NCBI GenBank assembly: GCA_964019335.1
Contig: OZ025710.1
Coordinates: forward strand, 124,001-188,000
Origin: Diplonema japonicum
Lineage: Eukaryota; Protista; Euglenozoa: Diplonemea
Reading direction: 5' to 3'
DNA: 64,000 bases
Positions 33,601-45,501 of this stretch are shown here, in pieces. The position numbers and the translations under genes were made by a program. The notes under the pieces were generated by a model. That model saw nothing but the letters and a program-made list of their open reading frames with translations, did not search any database and had not been told where the DNA came from. How positions within the stretch are numbered: position 1 is the stretch's first letter; each line of letters starts with the position of its first letter.

Positions 33601-36342
33601 TTAGTCTCTTTCTACATGAGCCATCAATGACCTCGACCTCATAGATCCCTTTCTTGTGGCAGGAAGGAATTCGGGATCTGAAGATGCGACGGCGGGTTCT
33701 GCGGCATCAGGAGGGGGCGCAGATCTTGACCTTGAGGTGGGTGTGGACGACCCGGAAGCCGATCTCCCACGCCCTGTATCTTCCACTGGGGTGATTACAA
33801 AAATAGGCTTCGCAACCTCTTCTTTTTCCACAGCAATCGGCATCGTCTCGGGGATCTCGTTAGTAGTAGAAGTAGGTACCGCAACAGGCTGGATCATGGA
33901 AGGGGTGTTGTAATTGTAAAAATAATTGAAATCGTGTTCCGAAACAGGGGACTGCGGGTTCCCCCAGTACCCCGTGGGGGAGCTCATAGTTGGGCTGCTA
34001 ACCTGCGGCATGCAATACTGCGAGACTGGCGATCCTGGCATTTGATCGAAATAAGAGCTTTGCGGCTTCACATTTCCACATGGTGACATGGGGCTCATCG
34101 GGCTCGTCGGCGATTTGATGCTCTTGCCCTCAGTTTGGTTGATGGCTTTCGTGTATTTTTCAGCAGAAACATGAAGTTTCGTGCAAGCTCTACCTTCTCT
34201 GCATGTGTTTGAAGCTAGGTATTCATTGCAGAGTGCGAAGCCACTGCGCTGATGGTGTGAGAGGCTTCTGTACTTATCCTTGGCCTGGCAGGAGTCTACC
34301 TCTGAGTACTTGAAGGCGATCACCTCCCCCGTCTCTAGGTTTGTCGCTAAGATGTCGGACACGTAAACCTTTCTTGAATCGTAAAACCTGGAACGGAGCT
34401 CCTGCACCCACGTGCGGTCCGCGTGGATCTGCTGGCAACGGGCCTTCATGTTGCATTGACCGTCCTATGAGATGGGGAGAAAAATGAGAATAATAAATAT
34501 TATTTTTTTTTTACCTGGTATTTCATGCAGATTTGCGCTCTCCTGCCGCTTGGGTTGCTTGTGTATGTGTGTTTGCCTGGTATTTTTAATTTATTTTATC
34601 CCCTAAAGGCCCGGAGCCTATCTACGGTACCCCCCCATTTTCGTTGTTGCTTTAAATACTCAAAAAAAGGGCAGCATGCAACCATAGGAAGGTGCAAGGA
34701 AAGGGTAAACGGTACTAAAATTTTCAATTCCAGGTGCCAGATGCAGATGAGAACACTTAACTATGTGTGTAAGAGGGGGGTTGAGGGGGTACTTTTTATG
34801 TCCGATTTTGGGGGGTCTTGTCGTGGGGGGTCCGTGGAGTTATGGCTGGGCTAAAAAGGGCAGCATTCTATTTGGTGCCCTGAACTCTAGGATTGAGGTC
34901 AGTCTGGAGACTTTTTGGGGCTGTGGGATGAAAAAAGCAACTTGTGAGTTTTTTTTTCCAGCTGGGGTAGCATGCAAGGGTAAAAAACACGTTTTGCATA
35001 AGGGGGTTTTGCAACAGGGGCACCACGTTTGCACCTTCTTCCCGCACCCAGGAACAGCACAGAGCACCCTCCTCACCTTCGTTCCGTTCATCATGGTCTC
35101 GGAGGTGTGATTTAGGGTCAAATCGAGACGTTTTGGGTATTTCTGAGTGAGGGAATCCTCATTGCTAGCGTGTTTGCGCTTGGGGGTCGGTGACGGTGCT
35201 GCCGAAGTGTGTGTGCTATCGGTTTTTGGGGCATGGGTGAGAAGCTTGCCAACAAGTTCTTCTTCGAAGCTCGGGAAGCCATAATTTTTGCCACATTCCC
35301 TGCTTTTCTTCCAGATTATGGAGTTGGCAACACAGCTTTCCAGGACCCAATAAAAAACGACCATGGTCCACTTCCGGGTTTTCATATGCCGAACTCCAGT
35401 CCCCTGGAGCTGGTCTTGCCGGTCAGGGGTCGACAGCAAACCCTTAGGAGTCGACAGTACGCATGACTAGGTCCTGTGTTGTGGACTTCTTGCTGAAAAT
35501 GTCGAAATTCGCCGGGTAACAGTTTTATGAGCCGCATGTAGCGATTGCCTTGATGCCACCGAGTTGCTTTTTTGTGGTGCCATGACTTTTATTGTTGTCG
35601 GGATAACACTGTCGTCAACAGACAACCACTTGCCAGGGTCCGCACAGTCCTACACCGGTTGACAATGATGTCAAGAAACCTGCACATGAGGTGCAGTTTC
35701 AGGCCTTCCAAATGTTTTCCAGGTTGTCAAAGCTGTATGTCAACGAATCGGTTTGCTCATTTTCTCAAAAGCCGGGATGGTTAAATTGTCCAGTAGCTCT
35801 TCATGTTCGGTGCCGAGCGTAAACCCATTAACAGGACCACCCAAGCCAAATTTTGTACTCTGGGATGGAAAGATTCAGATTCCGCTGTTTTCTTGAATCG
35901 AAACGACCGTTCATGGAAGAAACTATGAGCTCAAGGACCGCGTGTGCAAAAAAAAAGATTAAAAACACCCTCCTCATTGGCCGCTTCACCTAGAGGTGTC
36001 CTAAGCCCACCTTTTCACAGAAATGAAATGATTTGGGCCTTTGGGAGTATTTCTCCCACCCAAGCATCGATTCCGGCCCCTCTTTGACCGCCTCATCGTC
36101 TTTTTCTTCTTTATCTGACCAGTCGGGGGAGACTCACGTTTTCGCTGCTATTTTGACCATCTGATAGCCAACCCTGCCGGTTTCAATTAAAACAAAACTT
36201 TTAACGCAAAATGTAGTTCCAAGACAAAATAAACCGTGCAACAATGCCATATTTTGAAGTCCAGGGGCCGTGTTCAAAAAAAAGTACTTAGCGAAAAAGC
36301 AAATTTTGAAATAAGGACAAAAACGTCCGCGCGGGCGTTTAG

Positions 36343-36392
<50 letters not shown>

Positions 36393-36712
36393 CCCAGAGT
36401 ATCGTCAACGCAGTGGCTTGGGACGTCGTAGACCTTTTGGTTGTACGGGTCGCAGCATCTTACAACCAGTGGTGCGGGCCTCTCGCCCATTTGAACGGAC
36501 TGTTGTGGCTGTTGCTGCTGCTGCAGTTTTCGGTTGTTCCTTGTTAACCCATTCTGGCTAGGGGGCGAAGACAGTTCGTAAGAAGGGTATTCATAATGCC
36601 CACTGTGCGGGCTCCCCAGCATCGGAGAACCGATCTGGTTGTGCGGGCTCCCGACAAGCGACCCACCCATGTGGTGCGGGCTTCCAAGGCTACCAAGCTG
36701 CAACGTCTGCAT
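33601..36712 (-). CDS. CCCH zinc-finger RNA-binding protein; 3 exons, intron 1 contains a transposon
   Basis: Exons 36712-36394, 34576-34515, 34464-33601. Splicing rebuilds C-x7-C-x5-C-x3-H (ICMKYQ|DGQCNMKARCQQIH); second finger CNEYLASNTCREGRACTKLH. Confidence 0.85.
34601..36344 (-). mobile_element. Decayed piggyBac DNA transposon in intron 1 of the CCCH gene
   Basis: 13-bp TIR CCCTAAA(G/C)GCCCG at 34601 and 36344 (1 mismatch); internal transposase fragments. Confidence 0.8.
34960..35760 (-). pseudogene. piggyBac transposase remnant
   Basis: Frameshifted fragments MS.NRF..I, PGKWLSVDDSVI (first catalytic Asp, ~35608-35640), GIK..., DQ...KTRKW...FYW.L....NS, and a C-terminal Cys-rich domain C...GC...CPCC..PLC..CF...H. 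The middle of the catalytic region is missing. Confidence 0.8.
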
Positions 36713-36719
36713 GTAAACT

Positions 36720-36753
<34 letters not shown>

Positions 36754-36850
36754 CCTCTCCCTCCTTTTTGTTTCTTTTTTTTTTTTTTGAAAGTCCCATA
36801 CATGGTACGGGTCGTTAAAAAGAATGAAAAAAAAAAAATAAAAAAAAAGT

Positions 36851-39067
36851 CTACCATGCAATGCCCCGTGCGGCCTTCAAGATTAAATCCGGCCCCGACC
36901 ATTCAGTCTGTCCAGCGTCCGCTTCGTCAAGGCCGGGCAATACAACAGGCAGGATGCTCACCATGTCCTGATGCCCCACCTCAGGAACCGCAGTAAAAAA
37001 GACCCCTGAAACCGGCAGAAACGCATGCCAAGCATAGTCCCCGGCAAGGTCGAACAAAAAAATCCGATGGAGCATTGCCTCTGACAGCGTTGGGGTTATC
37101 GGGTGGCCTAGAGACTGCAGGGAAGAATGCAGTTTAACCGTTTCGCGCATAGTCGCCTTGCTCGGGTTCGATAGGAAATCGTGTAAAACTCGAAATGTCA
37201 CTTCCGGGTGTGAAAGCCGATGTCTCGCCATCCCATGAAAAACACGAACGAAAGAGCTCGCATCAACCGCTTCACCTTCAACTGTTAAAACCTCAAGACA
37301 CCTTTCCACCAACAGGTACGGCATAGGTTCCATGTCTAAGACCACACGCAGAAGATGGTAAGCATAGTGCGCGTCGTGTATTTCTATCAGATCTCCCTTG
37401 CTTAGCAACATCTCACCAAAATCAACATCTTGAACCCGGCACGCCTCGAGGAATTCAATAACATACTCTGCACCCATTGGGATATGTGATGACAACAATT
37501 TGAGAAGATTTTGTTTCACGATGTGAGGAGGCCCTCGGGTTGTGAAGGACACAACGTCGCTTCGGTTGAAGTTCCCTTCAGACACATCATCGCACACTGC
37601 ATGTAGGAGCCGTAAAGGTACGGACAACCCTGTTTCAAAAAGAACCCGGAGCGTAGAGAAACGATGATGGGGAGTATTTGCTGTTTCTTCGGGCTTCTCG
37701 TGGGAGCCGTGCTGCAACAACACGATGCTGAGTTCCAAGCTTGGTTCGGCTACTTCGTAGATCCTTTTGAGAATCCGTTTCCGCAGATGCCCTGTCACGT
37801 CGATCGCTCGGACACCGTTCAGAAGCTTCGCGGCGGTGCCCACCTTGCCGATTAGTTCTCCCTGATCGAGGTTCCTCTCAATCTCATTCTTTGCGTACAA
37901 AACAAATTTTTTTGATATAAATCCGGCATCTTCAACTAGTTGCACTGCAGAAGCCGTTTGTTCCATGTCAAGCTGAGCACCGATCAGCATGTGCGCCATG
38001 CTTTTAAAGATGTTTAGTGCGGTTTCTGATCGGTCGACGTGCGACGCCGCCGCCTCCATGATTTTAAGAATATCCGTTGGTTCGGGAGATCTGAGCCTTT
38101 TGCAAGTTCGGATAAGTTTTTCCATGACCAACCTAACAGGATGCCGTCTGTCGGGAGGGATGCACTTCAGAACCGTTACAAGATCATCGATGTTTTTGAA
38201 CCGAAACTCCGAGATCCTTTTCAATTCGAGCAGGCTGTCCCACGTCTGCTGTTTGTAAGAAACCCGAGCACGACGACACGATTTGATTAATATCGCAAAG
38301 TCTCCTTCGCCTAGATTGTGCCGGGATGTGCAGGTGTCCACGTATGACGTGAATGGTTTCAATGGTATGACCCTGCCTGTCTTTATTAAAGTGGACAACA
38401 TGTGTACGAAAAAGACTAGGCTTGATGTGTGCAGTTCGCAGGCATTGGCCTCGATGGCATGGACGATGTTGGTCGGTGAAAGTAGGTTGTTCTCGGCGAT
38501 CGGTTGTAGGACATTGAGCATGTTTTTCGGGGCGGTTTTTTGCGCGACGAAATCATCCGGTTTTGCGGTTGCCACCCTGTGTAATAATGATTCGAAAAGC
38601 TCTGTTTCGAGGTACCGAGTGTCCGCAGAGGCCTGCAGCAGTGTACAGATGCTGTCCAGCGACAGATTCGGTGCTATTTCCGCGACCCGACACTGCACCC
38701 CTCGCACGATTTCACGATTTGCACTGATTTTCATTTTCGCGTAGTTTGCCAAAAGACCAACCACCTCGTCGGCGGTTACCATTTTGATATGTTGTACAAC
38801 TCCAAGCCCCAGCCACTGCTGCATCCCGCTCAGAGCCACCCTCATATGGCTGTGGATAGAAATCGCTTTACACAGATCTCTCCAATGGATGCTGTCGGTG
38901 TCTAGTTTGCTCATGATGTTCGCCGAGTCGCGGGCGATTTCTTGTTTTATGACGGCGGCCGCTGCCGACTGCGTCCCTGCATTGAACAGCTCCCGCTTGA
39001 GACGTGTGCATTTGGTGATGTATCCGCTGAAGGTAGCAGGCGACGGGTGCTTAGCTAGGGTGAACAT
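36851..39067 (-). CDS. 738-aa hypothetical alpha-helical-repeat-like protein, possibly organellar
   Basis: Long intronless ORF with Leu/Ala-rich helical periodicity; no motif recognised with certainty. Confidence 0.75.
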   Translation of the reverse strand: MFTLAKHPSPATFSGYITKCTRLKRELFNAGTQSAAAAVIKQEIARDSANIMSKLDTDSIHWRDLCKAISIHSHMRVALSGMQQWLGLGVVQHIKMVTADEVVGLLANYAKMKISANREIVRGVQCRVAEIAPNLSLDSICTLLQASADTRYLETELFESLLHRVATAKPDDFVAQKTAPKNMLNVLQPIAENNLLSPTNIVHAIEANACELHTSSLVFFVHMLSTLIKTGRVIPLKPFTSYVDTCTSRHNLGEGDFAILIKSCRRARVSYKQQTWDSLLELKRISEFRFKNIDDLVTVLKCIPPDRRHPVRLVMEKLIRTCKRLRSPEPTDILKIMEAAASHVDRSETALNIFKSMAHMLIGAQLDMEQTASAVQLVEDAGFISKKFVLYAKNEIERNLDQGELIGKVGTAAKLLNGVRAIDVTGHLRKRILKRIYEVAEPSLELSIVLLQHGSHEKPEETANTPHHRFSTLRVLFETGLSVPLRLLHAVCDDVSEGNFNRSDVVSFTTRGPPHIVKQNLLKLLSSHIPMGAEYVIEFLEACRVQDVDFGEMLLSKGDLIEIHDAHYAYHLLRVVLDMEPMPYLLVERCLEVLTVEGEAVDASSFVRVFHGMARHRLSHPEVTFRVLHDFLSNPSKATMRETVKLHSSLQSLGHPITPTLSEAMLHRIFLFDLAGDYAWHAFLPVSGVFFTAVPEVGHQDMVSILPVVLPGLDEADAGQTEWSGPDLILKAARGIAW

Positions 39068-39072
39068 TCATT

Positions 39073-39915
39073 TTTTATTTCACTCTTCAGAAATTACTTC
39101 ACGCACTGGGGGGGGCCATTACTTCACGGTGAAATAATGGCCTGTTTTCCGTGAAGTAATAGGGGGTTTCCGTTAAATAATATGCCTCGGTAGGCCAATT
39201 TTTGCCTCGGTTCGGTTCCCAGTGGGGCTACTTTTTCCTCTCAGTTTGCTAATTTCCCCCCAGGTTCAGCTCAATTGGCCAACTTTTGCCTCGGCTCAGT
39301 TCCAAGTTGGACTACTTTTTCCTCCCAATTTGCCCACTTTTGGCTAGGCCTTGTTCCCAGTTTCAGGGGGAAACTCTTCTGTGGGTAAGGGTAACTTGGT
39401 CAGCTTACCCAAGCTCCCCAAAAGACTTCAAAATACCGAAGCAGCAGAAGAGAAAAGGAGTCAGCGGCCACGCCAGGTATGGGAAGGCCTGATTAGAGAT
39501 GGTGACAGTGGCAATGCCAGCGACAGCGGCAGCTCTTAGTCAACAAAAGGAGGGAAAACAACTTGTATTGTAACCTTTGTAACCCCTCTCTTGTTGTACC
39601 CCTTGTCACCCTGTTGTGCCCCTCGTGGTGAAGTAATTTCAGAGTGTCGTGAAATAAAACCACTTACCTACCGCCAAGTAATGCTTTACCGACCTCTCGG
39701 TTCCGCATTTTACCATCTCGGGCCCTCGACGGTAAAATGCGGAACCTCGAGGTAACGGTAAAGTCATTACTTGTTGGCAGTAAATAGCTATTTTTTTTTT
39801 TTTTTCGCTTTTTTTTTTTTTTATTTCACTTCACGCAGGGCCCTCGTGCAAAAAATTCGGGAACTCGAGTTAAATAATGACTCATAATTTGTTGGCAATA
39901 AATAGCTATTTTTCT
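39073..39915. mobile_element. Probable DNA-transposon remnant/MITE complex with inverted and tandem repeats
   Basis: Imperfect IR 39073-39102 vs 39628-39659; ATTACTTCAC/TTATTTCAC motif repeated in both orientations; ~60-bp internal direct repeat (39193 and 39277); long hairpin 39674-39773 with a degenerate copy of one arm at 39838-39912. Confidence 0.6.
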
Positions 39916-40229
39916 CCTTTGGATGACCTTCTTCGGGCTTCGACGGTGGAGAGGACCACGCGCATCGCATCCTCTGGCTCAAGCCGGAGACTCCCCTGCA
40001 GGAAGCATTGAAATGGCGGATTCAGCGGGCAGGGGCTTGGCGGTGTCATCGAGAGGGCGTGGGGATTCGGACCCTATCTGAGTCGGAGAAGGACCACTGT
40101 TAGGTGGCTTTCGTGCAGGTGCAGGCGGATACAGTGCGAGGTAGCAGCTTTTTTTTTCCAAAAAAAGAAAAAAAAAAAAAAGAAAAAAAAAAAAAAAACT
40201 ACAGTGTAACGTGCGTGTGTAAAAAAAAT

Positions 40230-40484
40230 CTACCCCACCATGTCCTTCAGGTTAGTATCGCAGTACCGGCTGCACAAGCAAGCGTTGTCTCGGCCGTAGG
40301 CTCGCTTCGCAACACGGGCCTTCAGCCGCTCCAGTTTTTCCCGGTCCCCGGCGCAGGTTGGGTGTATAAGGGATAGATCCTGCAGCGCCTGTAAGGAGTT
40401 GCATTTCTTCACAGATTGTAACGCGCTGGAAATCCGTTTGGCGGTCGTCTTATGCGCTCCTGTGAGGGCTGGCACAGTGGACAT
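40230..40484 (-). CDS. Small hypothetical protein (84 aa; a second exon near 39979-40147 is possible)
   Basis: GC-balanced ORF between A/T tracts with a good ATG. Confidence 0.45.
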   Translation of the reverse strand: MSTVPALTGAHKTTAKRISSALQSVKKCNSLQALQDLSLIHPTCAGDREKLERLKARVAKRAYGRDNACLCSRYCDTNLKDMVG

Positions 40485-40595
40485 TTCTCACACCCCAGCT
40501 TTTTTTTTTTTTTTTTTTTTTTTTAATTAAATGCCTGGGCGAGTTACCGGACAATGCAACAACAACAGCAACACATCTATTAAAAAAAAGAAAGG

Positions 40596-40628
<33 letters not shown>

Positions 40629-40648
40629 GTAAGGATGTAAGATGTTTT

Positions 40649-43506
40649 TCAAGCGATGAACGGTTCTTTGTGCTTTTTCTGAAATTTTTTGCGTGCCAAG
40701 TCAAGGTCGCTTGCGACCTGTTCCAAGACGAGCATCTCATCAATCGCAGCAAGCTCTGCCTTGGAGTACACCCTGATGACTGCTGTACCGTTGTATGTTG
40801 CAGCCTTCGGCACAGCTCTCCTCACCAACACAGGCGGAGGCCTATTCTTCGAAGGCGGAGGCTTTGAAGCAGCCAGGGAAAGGGGAATAGGAACGGTCAC
40901 CTGCGGCCTCACCTTGCTTTCCACCTTTTGAACAGACACAACAGGGTCAACCACCGGTGGTGGAACCACTGCTTCTCGTACCTCCACTTTTGGGCTTTCT
41001 TCTTTTCCTTGTTCCTGTTTCTGTTTCTGTTCTTCCTGTGCCTGTTCCGCTTCCTCCTCGTCGATGAACGACAAAGGAATCAAACGGCGAGACCCGTAAG
41101 GTGCACCGACTCTCTTGAACTCCTTGTTTTCCAAAATATGCCGTTTCTCCTCAGTTGTTAAGGTTTTGGCATCACCGAAGAAGTCCTTCTGTTCCGCACA
41201 GCACACCATGTACTGCCTGATGCTGTTCAGAGCCTCAGAGGCAGCGCATACAGATTCCGTCTTCACCCGCTCCTCCTGTGTCGGGGCACTGTTTATGGTC
41301 CGAAGGTCTAAAAGATCCGAAAATGGCATTCCGAGCCGTTGGGTGAAATCTTTCGCGGTCTCGGAAGCCCCGTCTACGACCTGCCGGGTGATGAGCTCCT
41401 TGGTCAACGCGACGTTTGAAACCTTGTCCTCCAAGGTGCCTCTTGTGACCAACCTGTAGGATGTTACGTCCCTTGTCTGCCCAACACGGTGAGACCTGCA
41501 AATAGCTTGGCTTATCTTGCTAGGATTCCAAGGAGTGTCTAAAAATATTACAGTTGAAGCGTTTTGAAGGTTCAACCCCACAGAACCCGTAGCCAGTGTC
41601 ACCAACAGAACGTCTGTCGTGTCGTTTCGAGTAAAATCTTTCAACACCTTCGATTTGTTCACTCTGCTGTGCGCGCACGCTGTGGAGATCTCCGGGTGCC
41701 GGGTGTTTAAAAAACCCGCAAACCATTCAAGAGTGTCAATGTAGACAGAGAATACCAGTGTTTTTTCCCCCTTGCTGTGGTGGTGTTTGATGAGCCTTGC
41801 AGCAACTTCAGCTTTTGCTGAATCGAAGTTGTTTTCGCGGGCTTTGTCAAGCAGGCCGTCGCCCCACAAGGAGTCGGTTAGAGGATCGGGGTCGGCGGCG
41901 GCGGGGATTTCGGATAATTGTTCCTTCAGGTTGTCCAAGTGAGATGTTTCGAGGCCTCTGTTGGGATGTTCTTCATCTTCTTGTTCGGGTTCGCTCGTTT
42001 CGTCATCGTCGTCTTCTGCAGTGGTTTCTGGTGTTTTCACCAGAGCAAGATCGGGGTGGTGCGTGATACGCATCAGCAGGTGAAACAACGTGAAGTATGT
42101 AACCCGCCGTTCGTCTGTTGCGAGGTCCTTCACACGGCCGTAGCTCCTGAACTGTTTAACACCAAGTGGGACTCTGACCACGTACTCCTTGAGAGTGCCC
42201 AACGTCGACATTACTTGCTGACATTTTTGCCGATCTACAAAATCGCGAAGCAAGGCATTCAGCAGGTACGCAACTTGTCTGCTCGCCAAGGCGGAGTGCT
42301 CCGTTCGATATTTTGGCTGTACTATCAGATAAGTTTTCAGCTGGGCGGTGTACTCGGGGGTGAAGAAGCCGTCCCTCACAAATGAGATCAGGTTGAAATA
42401 TTCGTCGATGTTGTTCTATGTTTATTTATTTCCTCTTTTTTTTTTTTTTTTTTCCTTCTTTATATACCGACAGAGGTGTACCAGACATCACTACCTTGCC
42501 CAGACAAGGTAGTTTGCTGAGGTATCCTCTTGTTATGGTGCCTCCTGTTAAACGTTCGTGGCCTTCGTCAAAAATCTTTTTTTTTTTTTTTTTTTTTTGC
42601 GTTCCCCATCTCATACACATATGTTCGGAAGTTTTTTTAACAGATCAGCACCGATATGCGCGGTGTTTTCTTTTTCAGCGGCTTTTCTGTGATTTTTTTT
42701 TTTTAAATCTTTTTTCCATACAGCTCATAAAGAGTTCCCGAATAGCTGCTCAACAGCACCCCTCCGCATCGACCCCACCTTTCAACCGCAGCTCTCGTGT
42801 AGAGCCCACCGTAGTGCCGTGTGGCTTCGTCCTGAGACCGCTTTTCGGTTCCCTGAAGGGCTTCGCTAATTCCTGTGTTCACGACCCACCTTTTCCATTC
42901 CATCTGCCACGTAGGTATCAAGGTGGTGGGCACCACAACAAGAGAGTGGGAGATAAAGGCCCCCAATGTGTTGCAGCTGATATAATTGTACTCCCGAACG
43001 GCGAGGTGGAAAAGCACCAGGATGGTGATGGCTGTAAAAGTCTTCCCGGTTCCCATTTGATGCGCCAAAATCGCACCCGATTTTGCTGAAAAACCTTCAA
43101 GTGTAGTATAGGCAGTTCGAGCCTCTTCAGGGCAAGGACTGTTCTTTGAAGAGCGTGTTCCAAAGCAGGCGTTCCATACTAGGATCACAGCGTTGCGTTG
43201 ATGGGGCAGCAAGTAACCGGCAATGTTCATGGGAAGAGCCAATGCATAGATACTCTCCTTGATTTTTATGATGCCCACGAACCTTTTTGTCTTCACAAGA
43301 TTTTCTCTTTCGCACACCGGGAGCAGGACGTTCCAGCTTTGTTTAGTCTCTATCGCGACTTCTTCTCTTTTTCGTTTCCTCGGTAGTTTTTCCTGCGGGG
43401 CTTCCACCTGGGGCGGGGATGCTACAAGGCTCACATCTTCTGTACTCCCGAAACCTTCCAAGAAGAATTGAAAATCCTCGTCTGCACTCGATATTTCTTC
43501 ATCCAT
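40649..43506 (-). CDS. SNF2-family chromatin remodelling ATPase (ATRX/Arip4-like motif I); 4 exons
   Basis: GAILAHQMGTGKT, DEGH, SGTP, GSVGLNL...WNP...QAICRSHRVGQ. Introns 42687-42721, 42576-42616, 42416-42467. Confidence 0.9.
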
Positions 43507-44601
43507 TTTCTTTTTTTTTTGTGGACCCCCCTCTCCTTTTTTTTTTTAAATTTCTAAACCCTTTTTATTCTCAGTCAAAATAACGGGAAAAAAAAAAGAA
43601 TATATATATATATACGCAAGTGCATGAAGGAGGGGAGAGAAGGGAAAAAGGGAAAAAAAAACAACAAAAAAAAAACAAAATAGATGATCCAGTGGGAAGG
43701 GGTCCGGTAAAGCAGGGGGAGGGGGGGGGGGGGGGGGACTATATCGTGCTCATTTTCTCTTTTTCTTTTCTTCTTTGGACAGGAAAGATCGTTTTTTTTG
43801 GGGGGGTTATACCTGGAAAACTTTTGGGTCTTTCTCACCAAAGGGACAGGGTCATATTTTTTTTTTATGACATGTAGTTTTCTCTCCTTCTTCCCCCCTT
43901 CTCGTTGTGGGCTTCTACTTTTTTCAGATGGGTGATTCCTCTCCCCTCCTTTTTTTTTTGCACCACCACTTTCAAATCAACTCTTTTCCTTCTTTCCTTC
44001 CCCCTTTCCTCTCAAAAAAAAAAAAACTGGATCCTCCTATTTCTCTTCTCAACCCCCCCCCCCCCCCCCCACCATAGACGAAAAAAAGAAACACGAAGCA
44101 GCATTAAAAAACAAAAATAAAAATAAAAAAGTTCAACGCTCCAAATCTCTAAACACAAAGTACTAAGTGGTTCCAAGGGCGCTTTGAGGGAATACCGTTT
44201 TTATTTTATTTAGGAGAGGAAAAAAAAGGGCTAACAACTACACAGGAACAGCCACTTTATTTTTCTCCTGACGTACTTCAGCAATATTTGAGCAGATACG
44301 TATCCTGGCCAGTCTGCCTTTCAGGAATTTTAAAAAAAAAAGGGGGGAGGGTTAGCACAACGTTTCAGGAAACATGGTTACCCCCTCTCCATGCAATATC
44401 ATAAGGTCTACAAAAATAAGTAATTTCTTCCCCCCCCCCTCCCCCCTCTCCCCTTCGCACCTCCCATGATGGGAGGTGAGGAACACCAAATAACTCAGGG
44501 AAAAACAAAAAAAAGGGGGGAGAAGACCGAAAGAAAAAAAAAAAACGAAAAAGTTTTAAAAAAAAAAGAAAACACTCTCTCAAATAAAAAAAAAAAAAAA
44601 A

Positions 44602-45501
44602 TCATGAAGAATCATCAGGTATGGGGGTTATGTCCAATGGCGGTTGAACAGAGCACGGGCGGAGGAAGAGGGTGAAGGAGTTCATCAAGGATTTTTTGGT
44701 GTTGAAGGAGATGGTGTGCACCCCGGAGGAGAGTTGCCGGTGGTACAACCTGTACCAGATTTGAGGCTCGTAGTCAGGAGCGGGTCCTATTCTTCGCGGA
44801 CCGTTGACTAGAAACCGGGAGTAGCTGTTGTTGGTGATGACACGTTGGAAATCCGACTGAAGGAAACAGGGGTTGCCCTGCTTCACGGCGATTATCAAAT
44901 CGGACTCTTCCTTGCAGTCGATGACCAACGGGGAATCGCAGGGAAAGACCTTCGCCAGCCGAACATGGCAAAAACTCGCCAAAACACTCTTTCTAGATAT
45001 CGCATAGTAGCAGTTGTCAGGCTCGTTGGTGGGTACTTGGGTGATGTGGATCTTTACCTTCAGTAGCTCGCAGCTTTTTGTTCCGTCGAACTGGCCGGTG
45101 TCGGGGGTGACAGCGGTGTGCAACAAACCTTCCGGGGAGGTAACCCTTACCCTGTCGTTATAGGGTGAAGGGGGCAACAATGGGCTGCTGGGTTCTTCTT
45201 CTTCGATTTCTTCCACCTCTTCCTCTTCTTCTGTGTCTGTGTATCTTGTCGATTCACCCGACGTATTCATATTTTGTTTCGTGGCGGCGAACTTCGATGC
45301 CGATCCGGACCCGTGGGGCTTCACGGTATCCGCGTGTTCGGCCCACTCCAGCTCCTCGAGGAGTTGCATTTCCTGCCGCTTCTTTTCCTTCTCCTTCTCC
45401 TCGACGTCATGTTGCGGTACGTTCTCCTGTTTTACAGGCGCGACCGGTTTTTCCACACCTGCATCGCCCTTTGCGTTGTTCTTCCCGCAACAGGTCCCCA
45501 T
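44602..45501 (-). CDS. Dually acylated (MGxCC) protein with an acidic linker and a C-terminal C2-like region
   Basis: ATG 45501 gives MGTCCGK (myristoylation plus palmitoylation pattern). Confidence 0.65.
   Translation of the reverse strand: MGTCCGKNNAKGDAGVEKPVAPVKQENVPQHDVEEKEKEKKRQEMQLLEELEWAEHADTVKPHGSGSASKFAATKQNMNTSGESTRYTDTEEEEEVEEIEEEEPSSPLLPPSPYNDRVRVTSPEGLLHTAVTPDTGQFDGTKSCELLKVKIHITQVPTNEPDNCYYAISRKSVLASFCHVRLAKVFPCDSPLVIDCKEESDLIIAVKQGNPCFLQSDFQRVITNNSYSRFLVNGPRRIGPAPDYEPQIWYRLYHRQLSSGVHTISFNTKKSLMNSFTLFLRPCSVQPPLDITPIPDDSS

Noticed and set aside
29395-39915. CRISPR-like repeat arrays
   Set aside because: The repeats are coding or transposon-internal, there is no repeat-spacer periodicity or cas gene, and the context is eukaryotic.
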